Below are positions 31,877 through 42,846 of a stretch of DNA of 64,000 nt, piece by piece (the stretch's first letter is position 1; the number at the start of each line of letters is the position of its first letter). The notes beneath the pieces are model-generated. The model searched no databases. It saw only the letters and a program-made list of their open reading frames with translations, and had not been told where the DNA came from. Source of the DNA: Candidatus Bathyarchaeia archaeon. Lineage in GTDB: Archaea; Thermoproteota; Bathyarchaeia; TCS64. The stretch lies in NCBI GenBank assembly GCA_050014495.1, contig JBEKDF010000001.1, forward strand, positions 96,001-160,000, given 5' to 3'. A program made the translations under genes and the position numbers.

Positions 31877-33031
31877 CTACTTCAAGTTCGTATCCGCAAA
31901 GTGCTTGAGGCGACGCAGCCCCTCGGGTGCCCATGTACGCCCATAGCTTATCCGGAAGTTGTTACCAGGATAGTTGAATACCATGCCTGGCCAAACCATG
32001 ATGTGCTCCTGCTTGGCATACTCCTCGGTGAACTTCTCGACGTCCATCCCGATCAGCTCTGGGAAGCCAACAGTTGCACCTCGTGGATTGACCCAGCGGA
32101 AATGATCGGAGTAGTCCTCGAAGAACTCGTTAAAAAGTGGTAGGTTGTCGTCTATAATCTTATGGCTTCGGGCTAAGACCTTGTCTTTTGCTCGGAAGGC
32201 GATGGTTGCGAGTAGCTCGATGGGCGCTGGCTTACATGGTGTCGCAAGACCGTTCAAGTCCTTGAGCTTCTGGAGTAGCCTTTGCTCCTTGATTGTTATC
32301 CAACCTATCCTTAGGCCGGAGAGGGCATAAGCTTTCGACATGACACCGAAGCTGACGGCGGTCTCATCGGCGTCAACTGCAGGGGTAGGCGGTGCTCAGG
32401 TTTTTTGTTCGAGGAGGTGGTAGACCTCGTCGCCAACAAATGTGACGCCCTTCTCATTGCAGAGGTCGATTAGGGCTTTGTAAGTTGACCTGTCTATAGT
32501 AGCGCCTGTGAGGTTGTGGGGGAAGTTAGTGACTAGGAACCGTGTATTGGGGCGGAACGCTTCGCGGACCTTATCCACATCGACGCGCCAGCCATCTGAC
32601 TCCAAGGGGACTAACGACACCTCCGCTCCAGAAAGGCTCGCCAGTTGGTAAAGGGCCTCGTATGCAGGCCAGAGGACGACTATGTGGTCTCCCGGTTTGA
32701 GCATTGCCGTGAAGAAGACCCAGATCGCCTCATCTGCCCCAGCGAAGATTACGACCTGACTGGGATCTACGCCCTTATAGAGTTTAGATACTTCTGTTCG
32801 GAGCTTAATGCCACCGGGTGTTTCGGTGTATTTGAGAGTAAGGTTCTCCCAGTCGCTTCGGAGTTCGTCATCGGCGAGGGCGAGGACCTCACTCATCTTC
32901 AAAGGTTGGATGTCTGACTCGTGCATCGTCATGACGGTATATTTCCTACATTCTAGCATCTGCTCTTCGAGCCAGAGTCTATGTTCGAGACGTTCTCTAC
33001 CCTTTCCTCCAGTTGGCTTGATTTCGCTCAT
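31877..33031 (-). pseudogene. Class I/II PLP-dependent aminotransferase interrupted by an in-frame TGA (32396-32398)
   Basis: N-half has NFPHN.TG and DEVY; C-half has MSKAYALSGLRIGW; both halves lie in the same frame across a single TGA. Confidence 0.75.
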
Positions 33032-33150
33032 GCTGTTACCTCAGGTGATATTATTTGTTGGATGCTTCAAATTAGTAAATCTTTAACAAAAAAACACTTG
33101 CTACATCCATGAAAATGCTTAGTAAATCAATATTTTAAAATGATACTTTT

Positions 33151-33954
33151 TTACTTATTCACCCAATATTGAGCTACTTTCTCGGCTGTTGCGTACCAGA
33201 CTGAAGGAAAACGTTCAATATAGTTGAGGAGCCTATCGAGAAGCATCAGGCCCCCTGGTTTACCAATAATCTGGGGATGGAACATCGTCGTGTAACAGAG
33301 ACCATAGTGGTAATACCCATCGAAGGCGTTCGTCCAAATCTGGTAGCCGGTCTCAGGGCTCTGAATGCGTGTATTATAGCTTGTGCCAGGATAATCTGCG
33401 AATAGATGGAAATCATCCATGTCGAAGTAGCTGGGGACTATCGTTAGACCGTTACCCAACTTGTATGGCAGATCGCTGCCCCTCATGCTGGAGTCGTAGA
33501 GGAACCCATTCTCAGCGAGAATGTCATGTGTGTTGGGACCGACCTCTCCCCCAGCGACTCGGTTGCCAACGGGTATGAAGCCGGACGCCTCCTTTATTGC
33601 GTTGCGGGTATCGAGTATCCGCCTCGCCTCTTCTGCTTTGGAGAGTTTCACCGTATCTTCGTGAACCCAGCCGTGACAAGCCAGCTCATGTCCACGTCTC
33701 CTAATCTCCCTGAATACATCCGGGTGGTTAACAGCATTAATCCCCGGTACGAAGAAGGTCGCTTTGACCTTATGCTTGTCGAGGAGATCGAGTAGACGCG
33801 GATAAACAGGGGCGTTCCATTCATACTGCCCAAGACTCTTCATCCTCGGCATATCCACAACTTCCGGCCGGTTCCCCATGAAGACGTACTCAGCATCGCA
33901 GTCGAACGTCAGGCAGACGGCACACAAGTTACCGTCCGGCCAAACACTATTCAT
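33151..33954 (-). CDS. Polysaccharide deacetylase family protein (PuuE-like)
   Basis: LTFDCD, ATFFVPG, HELACHGWVH, YDSS, HPQIIG. Confidence 0.88.
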   Translation of the reverse strand: MNSVWPDGNLCAVCLTFDCDAEYVFMGNRPEVVDMPRMKSLGQYEWNAPVYPRLLDLLDKHKVKATFFVPGINAVNHPDVFREIRRRGHELACHGWVHEDTVKLSKAEEARRILDTRNAIKEASGFIPVGNRVAGGEVGPNTHDILAENGFLYDSSMRGSDLPYKLGNGLTIVPSYFDMDDFHLFADYPGTSYNTRIQSPETGYQIWTNAFDGYYHYGLCYTTMFHPQIIGKPGGLMLLDRLLNYIERFPSVWYATAEKVAQYWVNK

Positions 33955-34618
33955 CAAATTACACCTAGTATTAACACCACTCATCCAGAGATAATCATTA
34001 TACCCTAAACCCGACTGATATTGCACTTAACCCACTCGCGCTTGTATTAGGAACGGGCCTCGACTATCTTCTCAGAGGTTATCCTGAATGGGTCGCTAAA
34101 GAGGGCCCACCCTTGGGGGGTCGAGGGCACTCGACCTATTTGAGTTGCTCAACCTAGTCCACCTAGTGCAGTTAGGCCACCGGGTCCAATACCTAGTTGT
34201 GCACATAGGATTATCGACCAGCTAGCCCAGCCAACTAACTAACCAACCAACTCCCCTACATGGACCTATTGAGGGACCAGGTGGACAGTTAACAACCTCA
34301 GTTGGGCAGCTTTACAGGGAAGTCTGGATGAGGAGGTCGAGAGTTTCAAGGGCAAGGGACTAGTACTTCAAGATTATCCAACTAGCGAACTCGAAAACCT
34401 TTTGGAAGGAGTGCGATGACCCCTGAGATACTTTTAGCCAAGGAGGTTAGCATCCGGCAGGGTCTCAGATGAACTTCAATATCATGGAGAATGAGACCTA
34501 ATCGTGCGTGCCTGAGAACCTCTGAAGAGTCCGACGTAAGAGGGAAATCATCAAAATCGTGGTTGAGTAGGCTTCTGCATGCATACGGAGATAAAAGTAA
34601 AAAATGTAAGTAGCTGGA

Positions 34619-35050
34619 CTAGTTGACGACGATGTTTTCGAGGCTGAAGTAGCGCTTCGCTAAGAAACGGATCTTCTTGATATTTTCACCATTCTTTCCA
34701 ATGGCTATCCCCTTATCGTGGGGATCGACCGTCACCATCGCGATCTTGTGCCCATCCATCCTGTCCACGAGACGGATATCTTTTACTTTCGCTGGCTTCA
34801 AAGCGTTCCTGAGAAACTTATCGGGGTCATCCATGTACTCAAAGATCTCGACCTGCTTATTTGTCATGGCTCGGAAACGCTTAATCTTCTCCCCACCCTT
34901 TCCAACTGCTAGGCCGACCTCTCCCTTCTTGACGGTGAAGATGAGACTATCCTCCTCAATAATGCAGTCCACCACCGTTGCCCCAGTCATGTTCTGGAGC
35001 AACTGAATGAACTTCATCTCATTCTCCGTTATCTTAACGTTGCTCAGCAT
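34619..35050 (-). CDS. nusA: Archaeal NusA (two KH domains)
   Basis: TGA...DC, GLAVGKGG, KGIAIGKNG.NI; follows L30e. Confidence 0.93.
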   Translation of the reverse strand: MLSNVKITENEMKFIQLLQNMTGATVVDCIIEEDSLIFTVKKGEVGLAVGKGGEKIKRFRAMTNKQVEIFEYMDDPDKFLRNALKPAKVKDIRLVDRMDGHKIAMVTVDPHDKGIAIGKNGENIKKIRFLAKRYFSLENIVVN

Positions 35051-35051
35051 C

Positions 35052-35354
35052 TTACTTCTTCACCAAATCGAGGATCTTGGAGTCACCTGGATCGTTGATG
35101 ACCATCGCAGAGACCGGGAACGGCTTACCACAAAGTGTTCCCAGGTCAACGCTATCCTTGGGGTGCTCCATCACGGGGATCTCGGAGAGTTTCCCGTAGT
35201 TGTCAATCGTCTCCCTCGCCTCGCGGGGGCAGTTACTGCTGACTATCGCCAGCTTCGCTCTTCCTCTGCGCAGCTCCCGCACAGCGGCCTTAGATCCAAG
35301 TTGGACCTTGCCGGTGGAGAGTGCGAGTCTCAGCTCCTGATCTACGCTACTCAT
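35052..35354 (-). CDS. rpl30e: 50S ribosomal protein L30e
   Basis: TGKV.LG, NCP, LGTLCGKPF.VS...I.DPGDS.IL. Confidence 0.95.
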   Translation of the reverse strand: MSSVDQELRLALSTGKVQLGSKAAVRELRRGRAKLAIVSSNCPREARETIDNYGKLSEIPVMEHPKDSVDLGTLCGKPFPVSAMVINDPGDSKILDLVKK

Positions 35355-38300
35355 CGCGTTTTCCACCCATTGTCATGAACAGCTCGACGCTCCCGGTTCC
35401 GAGGGGCATAGACTGTCCGACGATGATGTTCTCAATGACGCCTTTAAGCGGATCGGTTTCTCCCCTCAGCGCAGCTGAGACAAGGTGCTGAATCGTCAGC
35501 TCGAAGGCGGCTCTAGCGAGGACGCTGCTCTTCTCACCGCTAATTCCATGACGCCCGATCTGTTGGACCTCACCCATCTTCGTCATTATATCAGCCACAA
35601 GCATTACGTGCCTGACGTCCACGTCCAAGCCCTGCTCCTCGAGGACGCTGTGGGCCTCTTTGATGAGGGCGTTGCGAGCAGCCTCGATGCCGAATATCTC
35701 CGCGATCTCATGGATGTTATTAGTGGTGGTTCTCATCGCGTCGACGCCGTCAATCTTTATAACCTCCTCGAGGTTACTCCCATCAGTCCTGATTATCCAC
35801 TCGCCCTCCTCTTGGAGGGTTAGGACACGTTTAATCTCGGGTATACCCCTTATTTTTGCTTGTCCTACTGTCTGTGTCAGGATCTCCGGGTTGCTCGACT
35901 TTTCTTCATCTAAGCTAACTGTGTATATGTGGTCCGACTCCTTCTCATACTTCGTGGGGAAAGCACCCTCGATCTCCTTCTCGGTGATGCTGAGTGACTC
36001 CATTCGAGAGGGGTCCATCTCTATTTTTACAACGTTAGCATTGAAATCCACATTTACAGAGCTCACCACATCGTCTAAGGTCGTGTATGTGAGTTTCTGG
36101 GCGACCTCACGAGCGAGCTTTTCACTCTTCTTATGTTTCGTGTCCAGATGGATCTCCATAACTGGTGTTGAGGGGGTCCTCCTCGCATCCACTATCTCGA
36201 TGAGGCGTGGCAGACCGAGGGTTACGTTCTGCTCAGCGACACCCGCGTAGTGGAAGGTACGGAGAGTCATCTGCGTACCTGGCTCGCCGATACTCTGAGC
36301 AGCAAGGATCCCAACTGCCTCGCCTGGCTCGACGAGGCTGAAGTCGAAGTTCTTTAATGCAGTCTCGACTAGATGGTCGACACCTACTTTCGTTAGACCT
36401 GAAGCTTTGAGTTGGGTCTTAAGTTCATTAATTAGACTAGGTGGCAGTACTGTTAGCTGATCGACCTTCTTCTGGATGTAGTCCTCGGTCGCAGCTGCGC
36501 CCTTCTTCTCACTGATCTTTGCACGATCAATGAGCTGTACAACGTTGACCGCTTTGCCGTGGTCACTCTTGCTAGGATCTATACCGTCTTCTCCGTATTG
36601 GAATTGTATGATATCGCCGATGCTGTTGCGCACGGTCCCGTCGTACTCGACGCGCAGGTGCTCCAAAGCATTAATGAGACGACGTTGCATGTAGCCACTT
36701 TGTTGCGTGCGTACCGCTGTGTCAACCAAGCCTTCGCGTCCACCCATGCTGTGGAAGAAGTATTCCAATGGTGTGAGGCCGTCACGATAGCAGTTGTAGA
36801 CGAAACCCCTAGCCTGGGGAGTGGGATCGCCATCCTTGAAGTGAGGAAGAGTACGGTTCTCATAGCCCCTCATGATACGCTTTCCACGGATAGACTGTTG
36901 TCCTACGCTACCCATCATTTGACCGATGTTAAGGCTGCTCCCGCGTGCACCAGTCCTGGTCATGATGATTCCTGAGTTGCCCAATCCGAGTCCCTGCTCA
37001 ACGGTCTCACCGGCCTTGTCACGCGCCTGAGCGAGCTCGTTCATGACCTTTATCTCGAAGGTTTCCTGCATTGTCTGGCCTGGGAGGCGTTCTAATCGAC
37101 CCGTGTCGGCCTGCTCTATGAGGTTCTCGACGCTCTTTTCCATTTTTCTCATGACTGAGTTGATGGTGTTGCGCTCCTTGTCAGCGATATTGAGCTCGTC
37201 TATACTGTAGCTGAAGCCGCGTATTGTTAGGAAACCATTGATGAGGCGTGTGATGCCATTGAGGAAGTCGTGGCCTATGTCTGTGCCGTAGTCCTTGATG
37301 ATCCTATGGAATATCGTCTCGGCCCTCTCTGCCCCGATGCTGTTCTTATCAATGACCCCACTTAGCAACTCTCCTCCCTGGATCATTACATAGGAGTCGT
37401 ACTGGCAGGCCTCTTTGTCGCATGTAGGACAGTGACGGCAGACATTAGCCCGGCTTACGAAGTTAAAGTCCTTCGGGAGGAATAGACTGAAGATCTGCTT
37501 GCCAGTCCACTGCTTAATAGGCTTCTCGACTACTGGGGTGGGGATCTCGCCGCGATAGTTGGCGTTGGCGAGGAGCTTTCCGACCTCTTTCGCGCTTAGG
37601 AGCGTCTCCTTTCTCGTGAGGAGATAGGCTCCACTGATGAAGTCCTTAGTGGCCCCAATAATGGGTGCACCATAGCGAGGGCTGAGTATTTGGTCCTGCA
37701 CCTGCATGAGTAGTCGGGCCTCTGTCTGGGCCTCTTTGCTCTGCGGGATGTGTAGGTTCATCTCGTCCCCGTCGAAGTCGGCATTATAGGGTGGACAGAC
37801 AGCGAGGTGCATCCTGAAGGTCTTGTAGGGTAGCACCCTTACTCTGTGAGCCATGATGCTCATTCTGTGCAATGATGGCTGCCTGTTGAAGAGCGCGATG
37901 TCGCCATCTTTGAGGTGTCGTTCCACAATGAAGCCTGGTTCGAGTGTGTCGGCAATACCGCTCCTGTCCTGCACGAACTCGAGCCTTATTCTCTTCTGGT
38001 CGGGGCGGATAACGTAGAGGGCTCCGGGGTGCTTGTATGGTCCGTTGAGGACGAGTCTCTTCATCTCGTCGAGGTTTCTACCTGTGACCACATCTGGGAC
38101 TGTAAGTCGTACGGCTATTGCCACGGGGACACCAACTTCGTTGATGTCGATGTTCGGGTCGGGACTGATGACAGTGCGTGCCGAGTAGTCTACACGCTTC
38201 CCGCTTAAATTACCCCTGAACCTTCCCTCCTTCCCCTTGAGGCGCTGGGCGAGGCTCTTCAGGGTCCTGCCGCTCCTGTGGCGAGCGGGCGGGATACCGC

Positions 38301-39219
38301 TGACCTCGTTGTTAAAGTATGTTGTGACGTGATATTGAAGAAGCTCACTAAGGTCCTCGATGATTAGAGTGGGTGCACCAGCGTCGATGTTTTCGCGTAG
38401 ACGCTGGTTGATCCTGATTATATCAACGAGCTTATGTGTGAGGTCGTCCTCAGCGCGTATGCCGCTCTCGAGGATGATACTTGGCCTAACATCAACTGGT
38501 GGGACGGGTAGGACCTGAAGGACCATCCACTCTGGTCGGGCGACTTCTGGCTCGAAGTCTACAAGGCGGAGGTCATCGTCGGGGATCCTCTCGAACCATT
38601 CTCTGATCATGTTAGCTGTGAGTCTACTAGCGGCCTCCTCGCCCTCAACGGCGATGGCCTCCCCAGCTTCCTCAGGTCCCTCACCCTCCTCGCTCGCCGA
38701 CTCTGACTCGAAGAAAGTGGTTGGTTTCGCAAACCTGACATTTGTCTGTGGCATGCCACAATGTGGACATTCCTTGCCACGCTTGTACTTCTTAGCTACT
38801 TTGAGTATATCATTAATAGTGTCGTCAGTGACCTTACCAAAGAGTTTGAGGTCTTCCTCCCTCTTCTGTTTAAAGAAGTCGATGCTTTCATTCCCCTCGT
38901 TTGGGAGGAGTATGCGGCCACAGCCGCGACATGTGGCTGTGAGGAGTCGATAGATTTGCTTTGCGAACTCGACGTGTATAACTGGTACCGCGAGTTCTAT
39001 GTGACCGAAGTGGCCGGGGCAGTTGAGTGCGATGTTCCCACATGTTTGACACCTTTGGCGGGGCTCGAGAGTGCCGAGGCGGTGGTCCATAAGACCTCCA
39101 GCGATGGGTGCACCATCCTCGTCGTAGGTGTCACTTGTTTGGATCTCAACGGCACTGAGCTTCCTGACCTCGTCGGGTGGGAGAATACCGAATTTTATGC
39201 TGTCGATGATTTTGCTCAT
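35347..39219 (-). CDS. rpoA: RNA polymerase largest subunit, unsplit A'+A''
   Basis: C..C.....CPGHFGHI, YNADFDGDEMN, AQSIGEPGTQMTLRTFH and LARAAFE all in one ORF. Confidence 0.97.
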   Translation of the reverse strand: MSKIIDSIKFGILPPDEVRKLSAVEIQTSDTYDEDGAPIAGGLMDHRLGTLEPRQRCQTCGNIALNCPGHFGHIELAVPVIHVEFAKQIYRLLTATCRGCGRILLPNEGNESIDFFKQKREEDLKLFGKVTDDTINDILKVAKKYKRGKECPHCGMPQTNVRFAKPTTFFESESASEEGEGPEEAGEAIAVEGEEAASRLTANMIREWFERIPDDDLRLVDFEPEVARPEWMVLQVLPVPPVDVRPSIILESGIRAEDDLTHKLVDIIRINQRLRENIDAGAPTLIIEDLSELLQYHVTTYFNNEVSGIPPARHRSGRTLKSLAQRLKGKEGRFRGNLSGKRVDYSARTVISPDPNIDINEVGVPVAIAVRLTVPDVVTGRNLDEMKRLVLNGPYKHPGALYVIRPDQKRIRLEFVQDRSGIADTLEPGFIVERHLKDGDIALFNRQPSLHRMSIMAHRVRVLPYKTFRMHLAVCPPYNADFDGDEMNLHIPQSKEAQTEARLLMQVQDQILSPRYGAPIIGATKDFISGAYLLTRKETLLSAKEVGKLLANANYRGEIPTPVVEKPIKQWTGKQIFSLFLPKDFNFVSRANVCRHCPTCDKEACQYDSYVMIQGGELLSGVIDKNSIGAERAETIFHRIIKDYGTDIGHDFLNGITRLINGFLTIRGFSYSIDELNIADKERNTINSVMRKMEKSVENLIEQADTGRLERLPGQTMQETFEIKVMNELAQARDKAGETVEQGLGLGNSGIIMTRTGARGSSLNIGQMMGSVGQQSIRGKRIMRGYENRTLPHFKDGDPTPQARGFVYNCYRDGLTPLEYFFHSMGGREGLVDTAVRTQQSGYMQRRLINALEHLRVEYDGTVRNSIGDIIQFQYGEDGIDPSKSDHGKAVNVVQLIDRAKISEKKGAAATEDYIQKKVDQLTVLPPSLINELKTQLKASGLTKVGVDHLVETALKNFDFSLVEPGEAVGILAAQSIGEPGTQMTLRTFHYAGVAEQNVTLGLPRLIEIVDARRTPSTPVMEIHLDTKHKKSEKLAREVAQKLTYTTLDDVVSSVNVDFNANVVKIEMDPSRMESLSITEKEIEGAFPTKYEKESDHIYTVSLDEEKSSNPEILTQTVGQAKIRGIPEIKRVLTLQEEGEWIIRTDGSNLEEVIKIDGVDAMRTTTNNIHEIAEIFGIEAARNALIKEAHSVLEEQGLDVDVRHVMLVADIMTKMGEVQQIGRHGISGEKSSVLARAAFELTIQHLVSAALRGETDPLKGVIENIIVGQSMPLGTGSVELFMTMGGKRDE

Positions 39220-39220
39220 T

Positions 39221-42200
39221 TTACTCAAACTCCTTTGTTAGCTGGAGGCTGGGGGAGAGGCATAGGCTTTGCATCTCCTGTAGCAGTAGCTTGAAAGCGT
39301 AGCTTATTGTAACGGGTTCTATCTCACCCTTTCCCTCGCATATGGGGCAGACGTATTTACGTTGCCGTATGTCGTAGTATGCTTGCTTTCCGCATTTTTC
39401 GCAGACATAGATGCTGTACGCATCTGATTCCTCGAGGAGTCTGTCTTTAAGGAGCATAGCAGCACCGTGGCCTACTAAGCAGTCACGCTCCATCTCGCCA
39501 AACCTTAGACCTCCGCCCCTGGCGCGGCCCTCGGTCGGCTGGCGTGTAAGCATCTGCACCTGCCCGCGGGCACGTGCGTGGATCTTGTCTACGACCATGT
39601 GATGGAGCTTCTGATAATAGACGACACCAACGAAGACGTCGGCTTCGAACATCCGTCCGCTCTGGCCATCGTACATTATCTCCTTCCCACCTGGATGGAA
39701 CCCCATCTTGGTTAGAGACTCTGCTAGGCTCTTGGCGTCCTCGTTGTCGAATGGTGTGCCGTCAACGGGTTCTCCCCTGAGGCTACCGGTCTTGCCTGCA
39801 AGGCTCTCCATAAACTGGCCAACGGTCATGCGACTTGGGAAGGCGTGTGGATTAATGATTATATCAGGGATGATGCCGTGGACGCTGAATGGCATGTCCT
39901 CTGGGTTGACAAGCATGCCGATGACCCCCTTCTGGCCATGGCGGCTAACGAACTTGTCGCCTAGCTCAGGAACGCGGTTGCTGCGTACCTTCACCTTTAC
40001 GAGCTGGCTGCCCTCGATGTCCTTGGTGATGAAGATTCCGTCGACGGTGCCCTCCTCTGTTGGTCGGACGCCGATACTCGTATCTCGGATTTGTGGGCCC
40101 CTGACCTCAAGGCCGCCATACTCTTCCATGAACCTTGGTGGGCTTGTTCTACCGATGAGTATGTCTCCGCCCTTGACCTCAGCCTCGTCGGCGATTAGAC
40201 CGTCGTGCTCGAGCTGGCGGTAAGACTCAGCTCCGTGGTAACCGCGAATACCTTCCTCTGGGATTGTGAGTTTATCCTTGGCACCTCCGAGATATTGCTT
40301 ACACTCGGCTTTGTAAATACGGTAGAAGCTACTGTGGCCAAGACCGCGCTCCACTGCGGCTCTGTTGAAGATGATGGCATCCTCCATGTTATAGCCACTG
40401 CTACTAAGGACTGCGACGATGTAGTTCTGGCCACTTGGGCGCTTGTCGAAGCCTATGATCTCCATAGGCTTTGTGCCTACAGCGGGTTTCTGTGGGTAGT
40501 GAAGGAGGTGGCCGCGTGTATCTGTGCGATCGCGGTAGTTGAGGACGTAGAGGCCGGGTGCTTGCTTGGCCATCGCAGCCTGGTATGTATTGCGTGGAGA
40601 CTGGTTGTGTTCAGGGTAGGGAATGATGCTCGCGACTACGCCGAGGATTGCGAATGGGCAGATCTCCAAGTGTGTGTGTTCTATTGAGATGTTGTTGGGG
40701 TCTATTGCGACGTAGGCATTCTCTTCCTCCTCAGCATCGAGGTACTCGATTATGCCCTCGCGGACTAGGTCTCCCCATTGCCACTTACCCTCGCGAAGCT
40801 GTCGAGCGTGGCGCTGCTTGAGTAGGCTCTTTCCTTCGCTGACTACGATGAGAGGGCGTCTTATGCGTCCCTCATCACAGTTGACGTATATTTCATTGTA
40901 AGTTGAGTAGTAGCAGGCATTAATCTCCCCACTGATTTCACTGCGACGTCTCATCTCGCGGAGCTTTTGCACAAGTTCCTCAGGGGTTGTTGTGTAACCT
41001 AGAAGGTAGCCCTCGACGAATATCTTCGCGCCCTCATGACGGAGGGTCTCGTCTGCGTCCTTAGCTTTGACGACCCCCATGAACTCGAGTGTGCGCTTCA
41101 TCTTTTCGGCGTCTGTGCCGGTGCTAATGCTGGCCATTAGACTAAGGTTTTTGACGAGGCCACAGTTGGCTCCTTCGGGGGTCTCATTCGGGCAGAGCCT
41201 ACCCCAGTGGGTGCTGTGTAGGTCCCTAGCCTCGAAGTTTGGTTGACTTCTGCTTAGGGGACTCTGCAGCCTGCGGAGATGGCTGAGGGTACTGATGGTG
41301 TTTGTGCGGTCTAGAAGCTGGGTCATTCCGACACGTCCCCTGCGCCAATTGCCAGTGGCAAGGGCATGCTGTATTCTGCTGGTGATTATCCCTGGCCTGA
41401 CGGCAGCGCTTATGAGGACTCCCTTGCGGCGGGTGCTCATCCTCCGGAATTGGTAACGCATATCTCGGTAAAGGCTCCAGAAAGCGCTGCGGAAGAGCTC
41501 AGCAAGTAGGGGGCCGGCTAGCTTGATGCGTTTGTTCTTGAGGTGGTCCTTGTCGTCCTCTTTCCTTTCTTGGAGTTTTAGCTCAATAATCCTAGCGCAC
41601 ATCTCGCCGAGAAAAATGGCCTTATCCTTGCGCTGATCGGCACCACGGCCTATGTGTGGGAGGAGGTTACGGTCGAGTATGGCCTCGGCACGCTTCATGC
41701 GGAACTCCTTGACCTGTCCGAAGGCTACGCGGTTTCCGATGTATAGAACAGCATCTTCACGACTATGAATATTGGCTGCCTCGCGGAAGCTCGGCTCGAG
41801 CTCGCCAAGTATTTTAGCATCGAGGCTAACCATGTCGGCGACCTGTTTATCAGTCTCGACTCCAAGTGCCCTCATGAGGGCGACGTAGGGTACTGGAACG
41901 GGTACACCAGGTATTGTTACACTCATCTCACCCTTTGCTTTAAGGTTAGCCTCAATCCTTGCGCGGAAGCCTACGGTGGTTGAGAAGACTTTACCACGGT
42001 AGACTGGGTTGCTTCCGCGGTCGTCTATTTCAACGAGGACTCGGTTGGGGGCTAGGTCCTCAAGACTGACGATGACGCGCTCACTACCGTTGATTATGAA
42101 GTAGCCTCCGACCTCCTCCGGGTCTTCCCCCAGAGCCATGAGCTCGTCGGGGGTGTGGCGGCTAAGGAGGCAGAGCTTGGATTTGACCATTATTGGGAGG

Positions 42201-42550
42201 TCGCCTATGTTGACCTTCTCGTAAGTCTCCTTTCCTTCATCCTCGAGCATTATTTCTAGATAGAGTGGGGCGGCGTAGGTGAGGTTGCGTATTCGTGCCT
42301 CGCGGGGATAGACGGGGCGTTGAGTGCCGTCAACCTCGGTTATTACGGGGTCTCCAACCTCTATGGAGCCGAACTTTATCTCGTACGTGTGGTTCGGCAC
42401 CTCTATTGTGATACCACCTATCTCATCTATGATCTGCTGCAGCGTGTGCTCGACGAACTCGTTGTAGCTGTCGAGGTGCTGCTTCACGAGACCTTCATCG
42501 ACGAAGAAGGTCTTCATGAGGTCCCAGTTATTTTCCTCTGTGAGAAGCAT
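39221..42550 (-). CDS. rpoB: RNA polymerase subunit B, unsplit
   Basis: GGYFIINGSER, ETPEG.NCGLVKN, GDKFVSRHGQKG, GGLRFGEMERDCL. Confidence 0.97.
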   Translation of the reverse strand: MLLTEENNWDLMKTFFVDEGLVKQHLDSYNEFVEHTLQQIIDEIGGITIEVPNHTYEIKFGSIEVGDPVITEVDGTQRPVYPREARIRNLTYAAPLYLEIMLEDEGKETYEKVNIGDLPIMVKSKLCLLSRHTPDELMALGEDPEEVGGYFIINGSERVIVSLEDLAPNRVLVEIDDRGSNPVYRGKVFSTTVGFRARIEANLKAKGEMSVTIPGVPVPVPYVALMRALGVETDKQVADMVSLDAKILGELEPSFREAANIHSREDAVLYIGNRVAFGQVKEFRMKRAEAILDRNLLPHIGRGADQRKDKAIFLGEMCARIIELKLQERKEDDKDHLKNKRIKLAGPLLAELFRSAFWSLYRDMRYQFRRMSTRRKGVLISAAVRPGIITSRIQHALATGNWRRGRVGMTQLLDRTNTISTLSHLRRLQSPLSRSQPNFEARDLHSTHWGRLCPNETPEGANCGLVKNLSLMASISTGTDAEKMKRTLEFMGVVKAKDADETLRHEGAKIFVEGYLLGYTTTPEELVQKLREMRRRSEISGEINACYYSTYNEIYVNCDEGRIRRPLIVVSEGKSLLKQRHARQLREGKWQWGDLVREGIIEYLDAEEEENAYVAIDPNNISIEHTHLEICPFAILGVVASIIPYPEHNQSPRNTYQAAMAKQAPGLYVLNYRDRTDTRGHLLHYPQKPAVGTKPMEIIGFDKRPSGQNYIVAVLSSSGYNMEDAIIFNRAAVERGLGHSSFYRIYKAECKQYLGGAKDKLTIPEEGIRGYHGAESYRQLEHDGLIADEAEVKGGDILIGRTSPPRFMEEYGGLEVRGPQIRDTSIGVRPTEEGTVDGIFITKDIEGSQLVKVKVRSNRVPELGDKFVSRHGQKGVIGMLVNPEDMPFSVHGIIPDIIINPHAFPSRMTVGQFMESLAGKTGSLRGEPVDGTPFDNEDAKSLAESLTKMGFHPGGKEIMYDGQSGRMFEADVFVGVVYYQKLHHMVVDKIHARARGQVQMLTRQPTEGRARGGGLRFGEMERDCLVGHGAAMLLKDRLLEESDAYSIYVCEKCGKQAYYDIRQRKYVCPICEGKGEIEPVTISYAFKLLLQEMQSLCLSPSLQLTKEFE

Positions 42551-42846
42551 TACATCAATCCTCAAATGGGGGTGTTAGGCTGCAGAGCTTATGGCTCCCT
42601 AAATTTGTTTGATAATTAATCGAATGGAATCCCTCGTATCTCTCGGTGTTCATCTCTTAGAAGCCACTACCCTGCAGAGGCTACTATGCCTGCTGAGCAC
42701 TCACTAATAAATGTTTTTGAATGTTGATTTGGGGTTTTTAGGGCTTATATGAGGGTTAGTACAGCATGAGTTGTTATACCAAATGTTTAATAGGGGAACT
42801 CGGTTATTCGATTAGAGCCCGACGGGGAAAATAGGAGATCAGTGGT

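Noticed and set aside
32396..32398. Selenocysteine readthrough of the in-frame TGA
   Set aside because: The position is a linker rather than a catalytic Cys site, no SECIS was recognised, and a double indel explains it better
34300..34340. RNase P RNA (CAGGGAAGTCT resembles GAGGAAAGTCC)
   Set aside because: Weak match and no 3' partner motif found
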